From NCBI GenBank assembly GCA_044352715.1, contig JBILDG010000002.1:1-36708 (forward strand): a DNA stretch of 36,708 nucleotides. Direction: 5' to 3'. The notes beneath the pieces were generated by a model, which saw nothing but the letters and a program-made list of their open reading frames with translations, was not told where the DNA came from and ran no database searches. This stretch comes from Chthoniobacterales bacterium (lineage in GTDB: Bacteria > Verrucomicrobiota > Verrucomicrobiia > Chthoniobacterales > JACTMZ01). Shown one piece after another: positions 18,604 to 27,387 of the stretch (its first letter is position 1; every line of letters starts with the position of its first letter). A program made the translations under genes and the position numbers.

Positions 18604-19032
18604 GTGCCCAAAGAAAATCGCCGCCAAGCTCGCATCCAAGCCGTGCAGCAGCTCTACGGCTGCGAAATGCGCGGCGTGATGGCTCCGGGGCCGGACGAGA
18701 CCGGAGCCTCGTTGACTATCGAGGGGGATCCCCAGCCTTTTGCTGCGGAATTGGTCGCGCAAACATTGGATCGGCTCAGCGAGATTGACCGTTTGCTGGA
18801 ATCCGCCCTGCAGAATTGGGATCTGCGCCGCCTCGGTGCGGTCGATCGTGCGATCCTCCGGCTGGCCGTGGCCGAGATGCTCACCCGCGCAGACATCCCG
18901 CCGGCCGTGACGATCAACGAAGCCATTGAGATCGCCCGCAATCTCGCTTCGACAGAATCCGCCCGTTTCGCCAACGGGGTCCTCGACCGTGTGCGCAAGG
19001 AGATCGGGCGGGAATCGCACGAGAAGCGTTGA
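18604..19032 (+). CDS. nusB: Transcription antitermination factor NusB
   Basis: The in-frame GTG at 18604, 19 nt after the ribH stop, gives (M)PKENRRQARIQAVQQLYGCEM. The C-terminal part shows LRLAVAEML...PPAVTINEAIEIAR...FANGVLDRV. The ribH-nusB adjacency is classical. The track start at 18469 lies inside ribH. Confidence 0.85.
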   Translation: MPKENRRQARIQAVQQLYGCEMRGVMAPGPDETGASLTIEGDPQPFAAELVAQTLDRLSEIDRLLESALQNWDLRRLGAVDRAILRLAVAEMLTRADIPPAVTINEAIEIARNLASTESARFANGVLDRVRKEIGRESHEKR

Positions 19033-19034
19033 TC

Positions 19035-19886
19035 ATGGCCCTCGGGTTTCTGCGCAATATTGCCGACCGTTTTCGCGGGCGCCCGGTGGATTGGGACGAG
19101 CTCGAAGCGATGTTTCTCCAAGCTGATCTCGGGGTGAAAGTCACCCTGCAGCTCATCGAGTATCTGCGCGCCACGACGGGATTTTCCGCCTCGGCGGACC
19201 AAGTGGAGCAGGCTGCCCGTGAAGAAATCACAAAAATGCTTCCCCCGGCGTATCCTCCGCTTTTGCCGCTCGCGGACCGCCCGCATGTCGTGCTGATCGT
19301 CGGGGTGAACGGCACGGGAAAAACCACCTCGTTGGCCAAGCTCGCCGCCATGCTCCGGCTCGAGGGGCGTCGCGTGGTGATGGCTGCGGGTGACACCTTT
19401 CGGGCCGCCGCCATCGAGCAACTGGCAGCGTGGGGCGACAAACTTTCCCTTCCCGTCGTTCGCGGTCCTTACCAAGGCGATCCGGCGGCGGTGTGCCACG
19501 ATGCTTATGAAGTTGCGCAGCGGGAAAAAGCGGACTTTTTGCTCTGCGATACCGCCGGTCGTTTGCACACCAAACACAACCTCATGGCGGAGTTGGCCAA
19601 AGTGAAACGGGTGCTCGGCCGCCGCGATCCCGCCAGCCCCCACGAAGTGCTCATCGTCCTTGATGCCACGACGGGTTCCAACGCCCTCGAGCAGGCCAAG
19701 CAATTCAATGAGGCGGCGGGTTTGACGGGCGCCATTCTCACCAAACTCGATGGCAGCGGACGCGGAGGTATGGCCGTCGCTTTGCAGCAAGAGCTCGGTG
19801 TCCCGGTGCGCTTCGTCGGCATGGGCGAAAAGGAAACAGACTTCGTCCGCTTCGATCCGAAAAAATTCGCCGCGGAGATGCTCTGA
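19035..19886 (+). CDS. ftsY: Signal recognition particle receptor FtsY (NG domain only, no acidic A domain)
   Basis: GVNGTGKTTSLAKLA (G1), DTAGRLH (G3), TKLDGSGRGG (G4), FVGMGEK (G5). ATG 19035 is preferred. The track start at 19029 is a TTG overlapping the nusB stop. Confidence 0.9.
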   Translation: MALGFLRNIADRFRGRPVDWDELEAMFLQADLGVKVTLQLIEYLRATTGFSASADQVEQAAREEITKMLPPAYPPLLPLADRPHVVLIVGVNGTGKTTSLAKLAAMLRLEGRRVVMAAGDTFRAAAIEQLAAWGDKLSLPVVRGPYQGDPAAVCHDAYEVAQREKADFLLCDTAGRLHTKHNLMAELAKVKRVLGRRDPASPHEVLIVLDATTGSNALEQAKQFNEAAGLTGAILTKLDGSGRGGMAVALQQELGVPVRFVGMGEKETDFVRFDPKKFAAEML

Positions 19887-19892
19887 AAGGTC

Positions 19893-20417
19893 TTACTCAG
19901 CGCAGTAGTGCAGGCTGACGCGGCGCATTTTCTCGTCACCTTTTTTTGCGGTGTAGTGGATGAGGCGCAGCGAGACAAAGTTTTGCACCCACATCCACCC
20001 CTTGAGCGAGTGCCGCATACCACCGTCATCACCGTTCTCGTCGGCAAAAAGCCGACTCGGACCGTATTTTTTGTCGGCTTCCCGTTTGATGGTGGCGACC
20101 CAGGCATCGACTTTCGCGTCATCCCATCCCTCGCGGTCGTATTGCAGCTCCACTTCGCTGAGACCGCCATTGGTGAAATAGAAGAGAGTGCGTTTCAACC
20201 CCTCCTGCACGATGCCCTCGACCACGAGGACCTCGCGGTCGCCGGCCATGCGTTCATCGACAATTTTGGCCTTGGCGTTTCCCGCGACCTGTTTGATGCG
20301 TGCGACCGATTCGCCCCACTGCATGCCGAAAGGGGCTTTGATTTCTTGTTGGGCCGCAGCATCGGCCATCCACGCCACCGACACGGCAACAGTCGAAAGC
20401 CAACGGCACATACGCAT
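19893..20417 (-). CDS. Hypothetical secreted protein
   Basis: ATG 20417 gives MRMCRWLSTVAVSVAWMADAAAQQ, a signal-like N-terminus. I recognise no family. It is convergent with ftsY across a 6-nt gap. Confidence 0.45.
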   Translation of the reverse strand: MRMCRWLSTVAVSVAWMADAAAQQEIKAPFGMQWGESVARIKQVAGNAKAKIVDERMAGDREVLVVEGIVQEGLKRTLFYFTNGGLSEVELQYDREGWDDAKVDAWVATIKREADKKYGPSRLFADENGDDGGMRHSLKGWMWVQNFVSLRLIHYTAKKGDEKMRRVSLHYCAE

Positions 20418-20524
20418 CTTGTCCCGAAATTGCACAAACCCGGGCTCCGGTGCAACCACCGGACGCTTCGGTCGGGCCAGATCACAGGTTGACGACGGCC
20501 AAATATTACCTAAAAGTAATATAC

Positions 20525-20914
20525 ATGAAGACTCTGATCCTGCTCGCCGTGCTGGTTTTCTTGTTTTTTGCGGTCAAACGCGTGATGGCCGGCCCTTCCA
20601 TCGGTCCCGTGGAAGCCAGCGAGCGTGTGGCGGCGGGGAAGGCCGTGCTGATCGATGTGCGTGAGCCTGATGAATGGGCGGGGGGCGTGGCGGAGCCGGC
20701 GTTGTTGCTTTCGTTGAGCGACCTGCGTGCCGACCGGGTGAAGTGGAATCCGGCTCTGGAGCAGCTCCGCGGCAAGGAGTTGATCGTCTATTGCCGTTCG
20801 GGAGCGCGTTCCGGTGTGGCGGCCGGCATCTTGCGCAAAGAGGGATTCACTGTGCTGAACGCGGGTGGATTTGCCGGTTGGGCCTCGGCAGGGTTGCCTG
20901 TTCGCAAGCCCTGA
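20525..20914 (+). CDS. Membrane-anchored or secreted single-domain rhodanese (sulfurtransferase-like)
   Basis: MKTLILLAVLVFLFFAVKRVMA forms the N-terminal hydrophobic segment. Rhodanese fold motifs are LIDVREPDEW and the active-site loop YCRSGARS, followed by LNAGGFAGW. Confidence 0.8.
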   Translation: MKTLILLAVLVFLFFAVKRVMAGPSIGPVEASERVAAGKAVLIDVREPDEWAGGVAEPALLLSLSDLRADRVKWNPALEQLRGKELIVYCRSGARSGVAAGILRKEGFTVLNAGGFAGWASAGLPVRKP

Positions 20915-21552
20915 GTTCCATCCGCCCGGGTATTGTCGGCAATTTTTTCGTAAAAGCGGAGGGCCTCGATCGGGCTGCCGAATTCGGAGAGCTTGTAGAG
21001 TCCGCGCGCGTATTCCGGGCCGGGGTCGCGGATGAGGTATTCGTGGCCTTGCTTTCCGACAATGACGACGAAATGGGTGATGCCTTCGGGGTAACGCAGG
21101 CGCACGATCACAGGATTGCCGCGGAGCAGGTTCCAATCGATGAGGAAATGTGACGCATCATCCTCGTAAACATGCTCGGCGACCACGGGCGGAAACTCGG
21201 AGGCTTTTTCCCAATAGAGCCAACCTCGGTCGGTGTAGCCGCCGTTTGTTTTGAGAAACGCGTTGAGCTGTCCCGGATCGACCGCGGATCCGTAGGAGGC
21301 CAGCACCATGGCCGCCGCGGCCACGGCACACCCCTCCGCCCCAAGTATGCCGGGAGTGGCGCCGAGGCGGTGGGATGTCCAACGGCGATCGTTCTGCGCG
21401 AAATGCGGTACGTCATTCAGCACGGTGCGCGGGAACCACAACCCGCCGCGAGGTTCCAGCAGGGGCTTAGTTTTTACCCAACCTGCCGCCCACCATGCAC
21501 TCGCAGCCACGGCCAGGAAAAGGGCGATGATTAAAATCCACAGCCGTCGCAT
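20788..21552 (-). CDS. Peptidase C39-like (papain-fold cysteine peptidase) domain protein with an N-terminal TM
   Basis: ATG 21552 gives MRRLWILIIALFLAVAASAWW. VPHFAQNDRRW...GAEGCAVAAAAMVLASYG resembles the Q...C catalytic region of C39-like peptidases, and a candidate His lies in GITHFVVIVG. The low-complexity C-terminal tail runs antisense into the rhodanese gene. The upstream 223 codons of the track ORF are rejected. Confidence 0.6.
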   Translation of the reverse strand: MRRLWILIIALFLAVAASAWWAAGWVKTKPLLEPRGGLWFPRTVLNDVPHFAQNDRRWTSHRLGATPGILGAEGCAVAAAAMVLASYGSAVDPGQLNAFLKTNGGYTDRGWLYWEKASEFPPVVAEHVYEDDASHFLIDWNLLRGNPVIVRLRYPEGITHFVVIVGKQGHEYLIRDPGPEYARGLYKLSEFGSPIEALRFYEKIADNTRADGTQGLRTGNPAEAQPANPPAFSTVNPSLRKMPAATPERAPERQ

Positions 21553-21627
21553 CACCCAACAAGAAAGACCAAATGCGTAACATGCAAAGTGTTTTTCGTG
21601 GCGATGCGAGAGGGGGACTGCCCGGCA

Positions 21628-22752
21628 ATGGAAAAACTTTCGCCGGCCAGCCTTGCGCGCTATCTTCCCGCCGTGCTCAGGTTTTTTTTCATCGCCATGC
21701 TGGGTCTGGTTGCGGTTGCCCGCGCCGACTGGATCGAACTGAAGGACGGCACCCGCGTTGAGGGGCCGATTTTGTCCGTCACCGATCAGCATGTGTCCGT
21801 TGAAGTTCAGGTCACTCCATCGATCCGGGATGAGAAGCGGTTTCCTCGCAGCGAGGTGGCCAAAATCCAGCGGGCCAGCCAAGACGATGTCGCGTTTGCC
21901 GAGATTGATGCGCAGCAAATCCCCGCGACGGTGGACAGCGTGGAGCCGTATGATGAACTGCTCAAAAACGTGCGCGCGTTCATGCAAAACTACGGTTACA
22001 GCAAGCATCTGCCGGCCGCGCGGAAGCTGGAGGCTCAATGGCAAGCGGAGCGAAATAAACTTGCGGCCGGGGAGATCAAAATCTCCGGTCAATGGATCAG
22101 CGCCCAAAATTTCACCGCCAACCGTGTTGAACTGGGCGGACAGCTCCAACTGTCCAAAATGAAGCAAGCAGCCGAACCGGCGTCGGCCTTGGCCGCTTTC
22201 GATGTGCTCGAAAAGCAACACGCCACTTCATCTTCTTATCCCGAGGCCGTGCGTTTGGCCTCGGTCAAAATAAACGAACTGCGCCTGGCACTCACCCGGG
22301 CACGCGCCGATCTCGAGCGTCGTGAACGGGAGCAGGCCGAGGGTTTGCAGTTGGCCAGCGTCGATCGACGGGCGGTGATGGAAAAGGGCATCGAGCAGGA
22401 GCGTGCGGCGATCAAAGCGCGTTACGAAAAGCTCAAACAAAGCGGCGCGAAATGGATGCCGCTCATGCCGGATGCGAAAATTTTGGAGGAGATTGCCAAG
22501 ACCGCCGATGCCGAGAGCGCGCGCTTGGCCAAGATTGATGTGGAAACATTGTCCTCGGCCGTGGCAGCGACGGAGCGAGCGCGCAGCGAAATCAGCGAGG
22601 GCAAGTTGGAGGAGGCAAAAATGAGCCTCGCCGAAGCCGAAAAACTCTGGTCCCAGCACGCGGGTCTTGCCGAAGTGCGCGAATCACTCAAAAAAGCCGA
22701 GGCCGAAGCCGCCAAAGCCGCAACCGAACAGACCCCATCCGCCCAATCATGA
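21628..22752 (+). CDS. Hypothetical secreted protein: small N-terminal beta domain plus a long coiled-coil region
   Basis: ATG 21628 gives MEKLSPASLARYLPAVLRFFFIAMLGLVAVARA, a signal-like N-terminus. Next comes WIELKDGTRVEGPILSVTDQHVSVEV. About 250 aa rich in A/E/K/R/L with a heptad-like character follow. The stop overlaps the hisB ATG (ATGA at 22749-22752). Confidence 0.55.
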   Translation: MEKLSPASLARYLPAVLRFFFIAMLGLVAVARADWIELKDGTRVEGPILSVTDQHVSVEVQVTPSIRDEKRFPRSEVAKIQRASQDDVAFAEIDAQQIPATVDSVEPYDELLKNVRAFMQNYGYSKHLPAARKLEAQWQAERNKLAAGEIKISGQWISAQNFTANRVELGGQLQLSKMKQAAEPASALAAFDVLEKQHATSSSYPEAVRLASVKINELRLALTRARADLERREREQAEGLQLASVDRRAVMEKGIEQERAAIKARYEKLKQSGAKWMPLMPDAKILEEIAKTADAESARLAKIDVETLSSAVAATERARSEISEGKLEEAKMSLAEAEKLWSQHAGLAEVRESLKKAEAEAAKAATEQTPSAQS

Positions 22753-23336
22753 GCCGCCAAGCCACCGTCAAACGTCAAACCAAGGAAACGGACATCGTCC
22801 TCACTCTCGATCTCGACGGCACGGGCCAGTCGAAAATTCAAACCGGCATCGGTTTTTTCGATCACATGCTCGTCCTCTTTTCCAAGCACGCGCTGTTTGA
22901 TTTGCAGTTGGAGGCCAAAGGCGACCTTGAGGTGGATGCGCACCATACAGTCGAGGATGTCGGCTTGGCCTTGGGGCAAGCTTTGCGCGAAGCCTTGGGG
23001 GATAAGGTCGGTCTGACGCGCTACGGATGGTGTCTGCTGCCGATGGATGACGCTTTGGCGCGTGTCGCGGTGGATTGCGGAGGCCGGCCCTACCTTGCTT
23101 ACGAGACGCCGGAAGATGCGGTTGCGATCGAAAACTTCCCCTTCCAGCTGGTGGAGGAATTTCTGCGGGCCTTCAGTGTGCAGGGCGGACTCAATCTGCA
23201 TGTGGCCATGCTCGACGGTCGCGATTCGCACCACATGGCCGAGGCCATTTTCAAAGGCTTGGCCCGCGCGCTCGGCCAAGCGACGCGCCTTGATCCGCGC
23301 GTGCAGGGTGTCCCCAGCACCAAGGGCTCGCTCTGA
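22749..23336 (+). CDS. hisB: Imidazoleglycerol-phosphate dehydratase
   Basis: RQTKETDI, GIGFFDHML, DAHHTVEDVGLALG, SHHMAEAIFKGLARAL. It is monofunctional in length (195 aa). Confidence 0.93.
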   Translation: MSRQATVKRQTKETDIVLTLDLDGTGQSKIQTGIGFFDHMLVLFSKHALFDLQLEAKGDLEVDAHHTVEDVGLALGQALREALGDKVGLTRYGWCLLPMDDALARVAVDCGGRPYLAYETPEDAVAIENFPFQLVEEFLRAFSVQGGLNLHVAMLDGRDSHHMAEAIFKGLARALGQATRLDPRVQGVPSTKGSL

Positions 23337-23338
23337 TC

Positions 23339-23992
23339 ATGGGCGCTGATGCGAAACCCGCGGACCGACCCCGCGTGGCCATGATTGATTACGGCAGCGG
23401 CAATTTGCGCAGCGTGGAAAAAGCGTTGCAGCACGCCGGGGCCGACGTTGTTTCCTGCGATTCGCCCGCGCGCCTGGCGGAATGTGCTGCCGTGGTTTTG
23501 CCGGGCGTAGGCTCTTTCGGGGATTGTGCGCGGTGCTTGGATGAGCGTGGCTTGACCGAGCCCCTGCGCGTCTGGCTCGCCGCCGACCGTCCCTATCTCG
23601 GCATTTGCCTCGGTTACCAGATTTTGTTCGAGAGCAGCGAGGAGTCCCCGGGGGTGAAAGGGCTGGGCTATTGGCCGGGCAAAGTGGTGCGTTTCGGCAA
23701 CGTGCCGGGGCTGAAAGTCCCGCACATGGGTTGGAACGACTTGCGGTGGCGCAGTCCCGACGTGCTTTACGCGGGATTACCCGAGCCGGCCTATGTGTTT
23801 TTCGTGCATTCTTTTTACCCGGTGCCTGAGGACGAAAAACTGGTTACGGCTTCCTGCACGCATGGCGTCGAATTCGCCGCATCGTGCGGTCGCGGGAAAG
23901 TGCGAGGCGTCCAGTTTCATCCGGAGAAAAGCCAAGCGACAGGCCTGCGGATGCTGGAAAATTTTGTGCGCGAATTGCGCGGAGGAAATTGA
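23339..23992 (+). CDS. hisH: Imidazole glycerol phosphate synthase, glutamine amidotransferase subunit
   Basis: VAMIDYGSGNLRSVEKAL, catalytic GICLGYQ, HSFY, VQFHPEKS. An alternative internal ATG lies at 23381 (MIDYGSGN). Confidence 0.9.
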   Translation: MGADAKPADRPRVAMIDYGSGNLRSVEKALQHAGADVVSCDSPARLAECAAVVLPGVGSFGDCARCLDERGLTEPLRVWLAADRPYLGICLGYQILFESSEESPGVKGLGYWPGKVVRFGNVPGLKVPHMGWNDLRWRSPDVLYAGLPEPAYVFFVHSFYPVPEDEKLVTASCTHGVEFAASCGRGKVRGVQFHPEKSQATGLRMLENFVRELRGGN

Positions 23993-23995
23993 TCT

Positions 23996-24733
23996 ATGTT
24001 GCTTTATCCGGCGATTGATTTGATGGGCGGGCAAGCAGTGCGCTTGCGCCAAGGCAAAGCCGACGAAAAAACGGTTTACTCCGACGATCCTCCGGCGGTG
24101 GCGCGTGAATGGGAGGCCCGTGGGGGAGACTGGTTGCACGTGGTGGATCTCGATGCGGCTTTCACCGGCGTGCAGACCAATCTCGAGGTTGTGCGCAAAA
24201 TGGCGTCTGCTCTCACGATCCCTCTCCAGCTCGGCGGCGGTATGCGCGATGAAGCAGCCATCGGGCGTGCTTTGGATGCCGGAGTGGCTCGTGTGGTCAT
24301 CGGCACCCGTGCGGCAGAGTCGGTCGATTTTGTCGGCCAAGCCGTGCAGCGTTTTGGCGGCGAAAAAATCGCCGTGGGTATCGATGCGCGGGACGGCATG
24401 GTGGCGGTCAAAGGCTGGACCGAAGCGACGGGCGTGCGTGCTTTGGATCTGGCGCAAAAAGTATCGGCCATCGGGGTCGGGGCGGTGATTTACACCGACA
24501 TTGCCACCGACGGGATGTTGCAAGGTCCTAATTTTGAAGAAGTTGAAAAAATCGTGAAGTCCATCGATTGCGATGTGATCGCCAGCGGCGGTGTCTCCTC
24601 GGCGGCGGATTTGGCTCGCCTGCAAAAGATCCCGGGACTGCACGGTGCAATTATTGGCCGGGCACTATTCGACGGACGCATTACGGGAAACCTGCGCGAA
24701 GCGATTGCCGCTGTGACGACAGATTCCCCTTGA
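23996..24733 (+). CDS. hisA: ProFAR isomerase (1-(5-phosphoribosyl)-5-[(5-phosphoribosylamino)methylideneamino]imidazole-4-carboxamide isomerase)
   Basis: LYPAIDLMGGQAVRLRQG, LHVVDLDAA, LQLGGGMR, VIYTDIATDGMLQGPN, VIASGGVSS. Confidence 0.9.
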   Translation: MLLYPAIDLMGGQAVRLRQGKADEKTVYSDDPPAVAREWEARGGDWLHVVDLDAAFTGVQTNLEVVRKMASALTIPLQLGGGMRDEAAIGRALDAGVARVVIGTRAAESVDFVGQAVQRFGGEKIAVGIDARDGMVAVKGWTEATGVRALDLAQKVSAIGVGAVIYTDIATDGMLQGPNFEEVEKIVKSIDCDVIASGGVSSAADLARLQKIPGLHGAIIGRALFDGRITGNLREAIAAVTTDSP

Positions 24734-24766
24734 AGTCCGTCGCGGTCTCTGATCATTTGCCCATAT

Positions 24767-25177
24767 ATGACCCGCTCGATTTTGGCTCTGACCATTGCAA
24801 CCTTGGTGGCTGTGCTGATAGCCGCCTGCTCGCCGGAAAAGCCTTCCACCCCCTCGCGTAATCGCTACGGCTACAGCGGCACGCAAACTCTCCAGCAAAC
24901 GCCCGGCACGCTGCCGCCGCTCACCGGTGTGGATACGAATGTCGGCATGACCGATGCCGCCCTGGTCAATCCCATTCCCAACCCCACGCCCGCCCCCACG
25001 CCGCCGCCCGTCAGCCTGCCGACCCCTGAGCTTTCCTACGGTATTCCGGTTCCCGGTAAACCGGGCTTTGTCACCAGCCCGCACGCCCCGAGCGCCGGTT
25101 TCGTCGATGTGCGCGGTTTTCCTCCGGGCACCGAAGTCAAGGATCCCTACACAGGTCGAATTTTCCTCGTTCCTTGA
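24767..25177 (+). CDS. Hypothetical lipoprotein with a Pro-rich linker and a conserved-looking C-terminal module
   Basis: [21 protein letters not shown] carries a lipobox (IAA|C). A Pro/Thr-rich stretch ([19 protein letters not shown]) follows. The C-terminus reads [46 protein letters not shown]. Confidence 0.5.
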   Translation: MTRSILALTIATLVAVLIAACSPEKPSTPSRNRYGYSGTQTLQQTPGTLPPLTGVDTNVGMTDAALVNPIPNPTPAPTPPPVSLPTPELSYGIPVPGKPGFVTSPHAPSAGFVDVRGFPPGTEVKDPYTGRIFLVP

Positions 25178-25231
25178 TTCCGGTTTTTCCGGCGTGAGGT
25201 TCTCGCTGCAGCCTGTCATGGTTGCCGCTTC

Positions 25232-26095
25232 ATGAGCGACCCGTCTTCCAGCATTGCTGTCTTCGGCCCCGGCCTGATGGGCGGCTCGTTGTTGATGGCG
25301 CTGCGCCGCCACCGGCCCGACGCCCGCCTCTTGGCATGGGCCAGGCGCGACGAGGTGCTGGATGAAATTCGTTCGCAAAATCTGGCTGATGCATGTTCGA
25401 CCGATCCTGCGGAAATTGCCAAGGCTGCCGATTTGATCGTTCTTTGCGTGCCGGTGGACAAAATGTCCGCCCTCGCCCGGCAAGTTGCCGGCGTTGTTTC
25501 GGAAAAGACCACGGTGACCGATGTGGGGAGCGTGAAAGAACCCGTGGTTACTGAGCTGGAGCAAATTTTTGCGCGCACGGGAAATTTTGTGGGAAGTCAT
25601 CCGATGTGCGGTTCGGAGGAGGCCGGCCTATCCGCGGCGCGGTCGGATCTTTATGAGAATGCGCTTTGTGTGGTGACGCCCACCAAGATGTCCCAGCCTG
25701 CCATGGTGCGTGCGGCCGGCGATTTGTGGCGGTCCGTCGGCGCCCGTGTCTTGGAGATGGGTCCGCACGAGCATGACGCAGCCGCGGCCGCGGTCAGCCA
25801 TGTGCCCCACATTGCGGCTGCCGCCCTCGTCGGGTTGGTGGCACAGAGTCAGCCCGTTTATCAAAAACTGTGTGCTGGAGGATTCCGTGACACGACACGT
25901 GTAGCCTCGGGGTCGCCTGAGCTGTGGACCTCGATTCTGGGGCTCAACCGGCGCGAAATTTCCGGGGCACTCGGGAATTTGGCCGATATTTTGCAATCCA
26001 TGAAAGCAGCGTTGGAAAAGAATGACACAGCTGCCGTGCAGGCTTTTTTGGAATCAGCGGCAAAGCATCGTGCAGAAATTCTCAAAGTCGAATGA
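25232..26095 (+). CDS. tyrA: Prephenate/arogenate dehydrogenase
   Basis: N-terminal Rossmann motif IAVFGPGLMGGSL, VTDVGSVK, and catalytic-region GSHPMCGSE. It overlaps aroA by 4 bp. Confidence 0.85.
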   Translation: MSDPSSSIAVFGPGLMGGSLLMALRRHRPDARLLAWARRDEVLDEIRSQNLADACSTDPAEIAKAADLIVLCVPVDKMSALARQVAGVVSEKTTVTDVGSVKEPVVTELEQIFARTGNFVGSHPMCGSEEAGLSAARSDLYENALCVVTPTKMSQPAMVRAAGDLWRSVGARVLEMGPHEHDAAAAAVSHVPHIAAAALVGLVAQSQPVYQKLCAGGFRDTTRVASGSPELWTSILGLNRREISGALGNLADILQSMKAALEKNDTAAVQAFLESAAKHRAEILKVE

Positions 26096-27387
26096 GCAGG
26101 GAAATCCGAGTCTGCCGCGCCCCGCGCATCGAAGCGGAAATCCGCGTCCCCGGGGACAAAAGCATGTCGCACCGCGCCGCCATGTTGTCCGCCTTGTCGG
26201 ACGGCACATGCCATCTGCACAATTATCTCATGGGAGAGGACTGTCTGGGCACGCTCCAAGTGCTGCAGCAACTAGGTGTGAGGATCGAAAGCGGTGCCCC
26301 CGGCGAGTTTGTCGTGCATGGATGCAGTGGCCGTTTTAAGCCGCCGGCAGCGGATTTGGACTGCGGCAATTCCGGCACGACCATGCGATTGATGTCGGGC
26401 TTGCTCGCCGCCCAACCCTTCCGTTCACGTCTCATCGGCGATGCGTCACTTTCCCGTCGCCCCATGAAACGCGTGATGGATCCGTTGCGCAAAATGGGGG
26501 CGCACATGACGACCGAGGGCGCCGGGGAATGTCCGCCATTGATTATCGAGGGGCGCCCTGATTTGCATCCGATCGAATACCTTCTTCCGGTGGCCAGTGC
26601 CCAAGTGAAGAGTGCAGTCCTGTTGGCCGGCTTGTTTGCCAAGGGAAAAACCACGGTCATCCAGCCGGTGCTCACGCGCGATCACACGGAACGTATGCTG
26701 GAGTATTTCGGTGTGCCGGTCGAGGGGGTTGGCGAACGCATTTCAGTCGAGGGAGGCAAGCTACCCCAGGCACGGGATTTCGATGTGCCCGGCGATATTT
26801 CCAGTGCCGCCTTTTGGCTGGTGGTTGGGGCAGCACAACCCGGCGCGCGATTAACGATCAAAAACGTGGGGCTCAACCCGACGCGCACAGGAATTTTGGA
26901 TGTGCTGCGGCGCATGGGGGCCGATATCAGCATCGAGCGCAATGACGACGGAACGGGCGAGCCGGCAGGCGATGTGGAAATTCACGGTGCTGAGTTGCTT
27001 GGCACTACGATCGGTGGGACCGAAATTCCGAACGTGATCGATGAATTGCCGGTGTTGGCAGTTGCAGCAGCTTTGGCTGTTGGAACCACGGCCATCAAGG
27101 ATGCAGCCGAGCTGCGCGTAAAGGAATCCGATCGTCTTGCCGTGGTGGCGCATCATTTGCAGGCGATGGGGGCCGATGTAACCGAGCATCCCGACGGGAT
27201 GGAAATTCGTGGAGGACGGCCTCTTCATGGAGCGCGATTGACGAGCCATGGTGATCATCGCATAGCAATGGCGTTCGCCGTGGCGGGTCTTTTTGCCGAG
27301 GGCGAGACGGTGATCGAAGACACCGCATGCGTGGAAACTTCGTATCCGGGTTTTGCGGAACAACTGCGGGCTTTGAGTCATGGATAA
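26092..27387 (+). CDS. aroA: 3-phosphoshikimate 1-carboxyvinyltransferase (EPSP synthase, class II-type motifs)
   Basis: VPGDKSMSHRAAML, LDCGNSGTTMRLMSGLLA, SRRPMKRV, SAQVKSA, RDHTERML, NPTRTG, ESDRLAVV. The four motifs used to define class II EPSPS (GDKx, SAQxK, RxHxE, NxTR) are all present. Confidence 0.93.
   Translation: MSREIRVCRAPRIEAEIRVPGDKSMSHRAAMLSALSDGTCHLHNYLMGEDCLGTLQVLQQLGVRIESGAPGEFVVHGCSGRFKPPAADLDCGNSGTTMRLMSGLLAAQPFRSRLIGDASLSRRPMKRVMDPLRKMGAHMTTEGAGECPPLIIEGRPDLHPIEYLLPVASAQVKSAVLLAGLFAKGKTTVIQPVLTRDHTERMLEYFGVPVEGVGERISVEGGKLPQARDFDVPGDISSAAFWLVVGAAQPGARLTIKNVGLNPTRTGILDVLRRMGADISIERNDDGTGEPAGDVEIHGAELLGTTIGGTEIPNVIDELPVLAVAAALAVGTTAIKDAAELRVKESDRLAVVAHHLQAMGADVTEHPDGMEIRGGRPLHGARLTSHGDHRIAMAFAVAGLFAEGETVIEDTACVETSYPGFAEQLRALSHG

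Noticed and set aside
18654-19790. 378-aa minus-strand ORF
   Set aside because: It is antisense to nusB and ftsY, both of which are motif-supported.
21553-22221. N-terminal 223 codons of the 477-aa minus-strand ORF 20788..22221
   Set aside because: This part is antisense to the coiled-coil gene. The plausible protein begins at the TM/signal segment MRRLWILIIALF (ATG 21552).
22422-25600. Minus-strand ORFs 22422..23279, 23099..23725, 23777..24643 and 24665..25600
   Set aside because: They are antisense to hisB, hisH, hisA, the lipoprotein gene and tyrA, and none has a recognisable domain.
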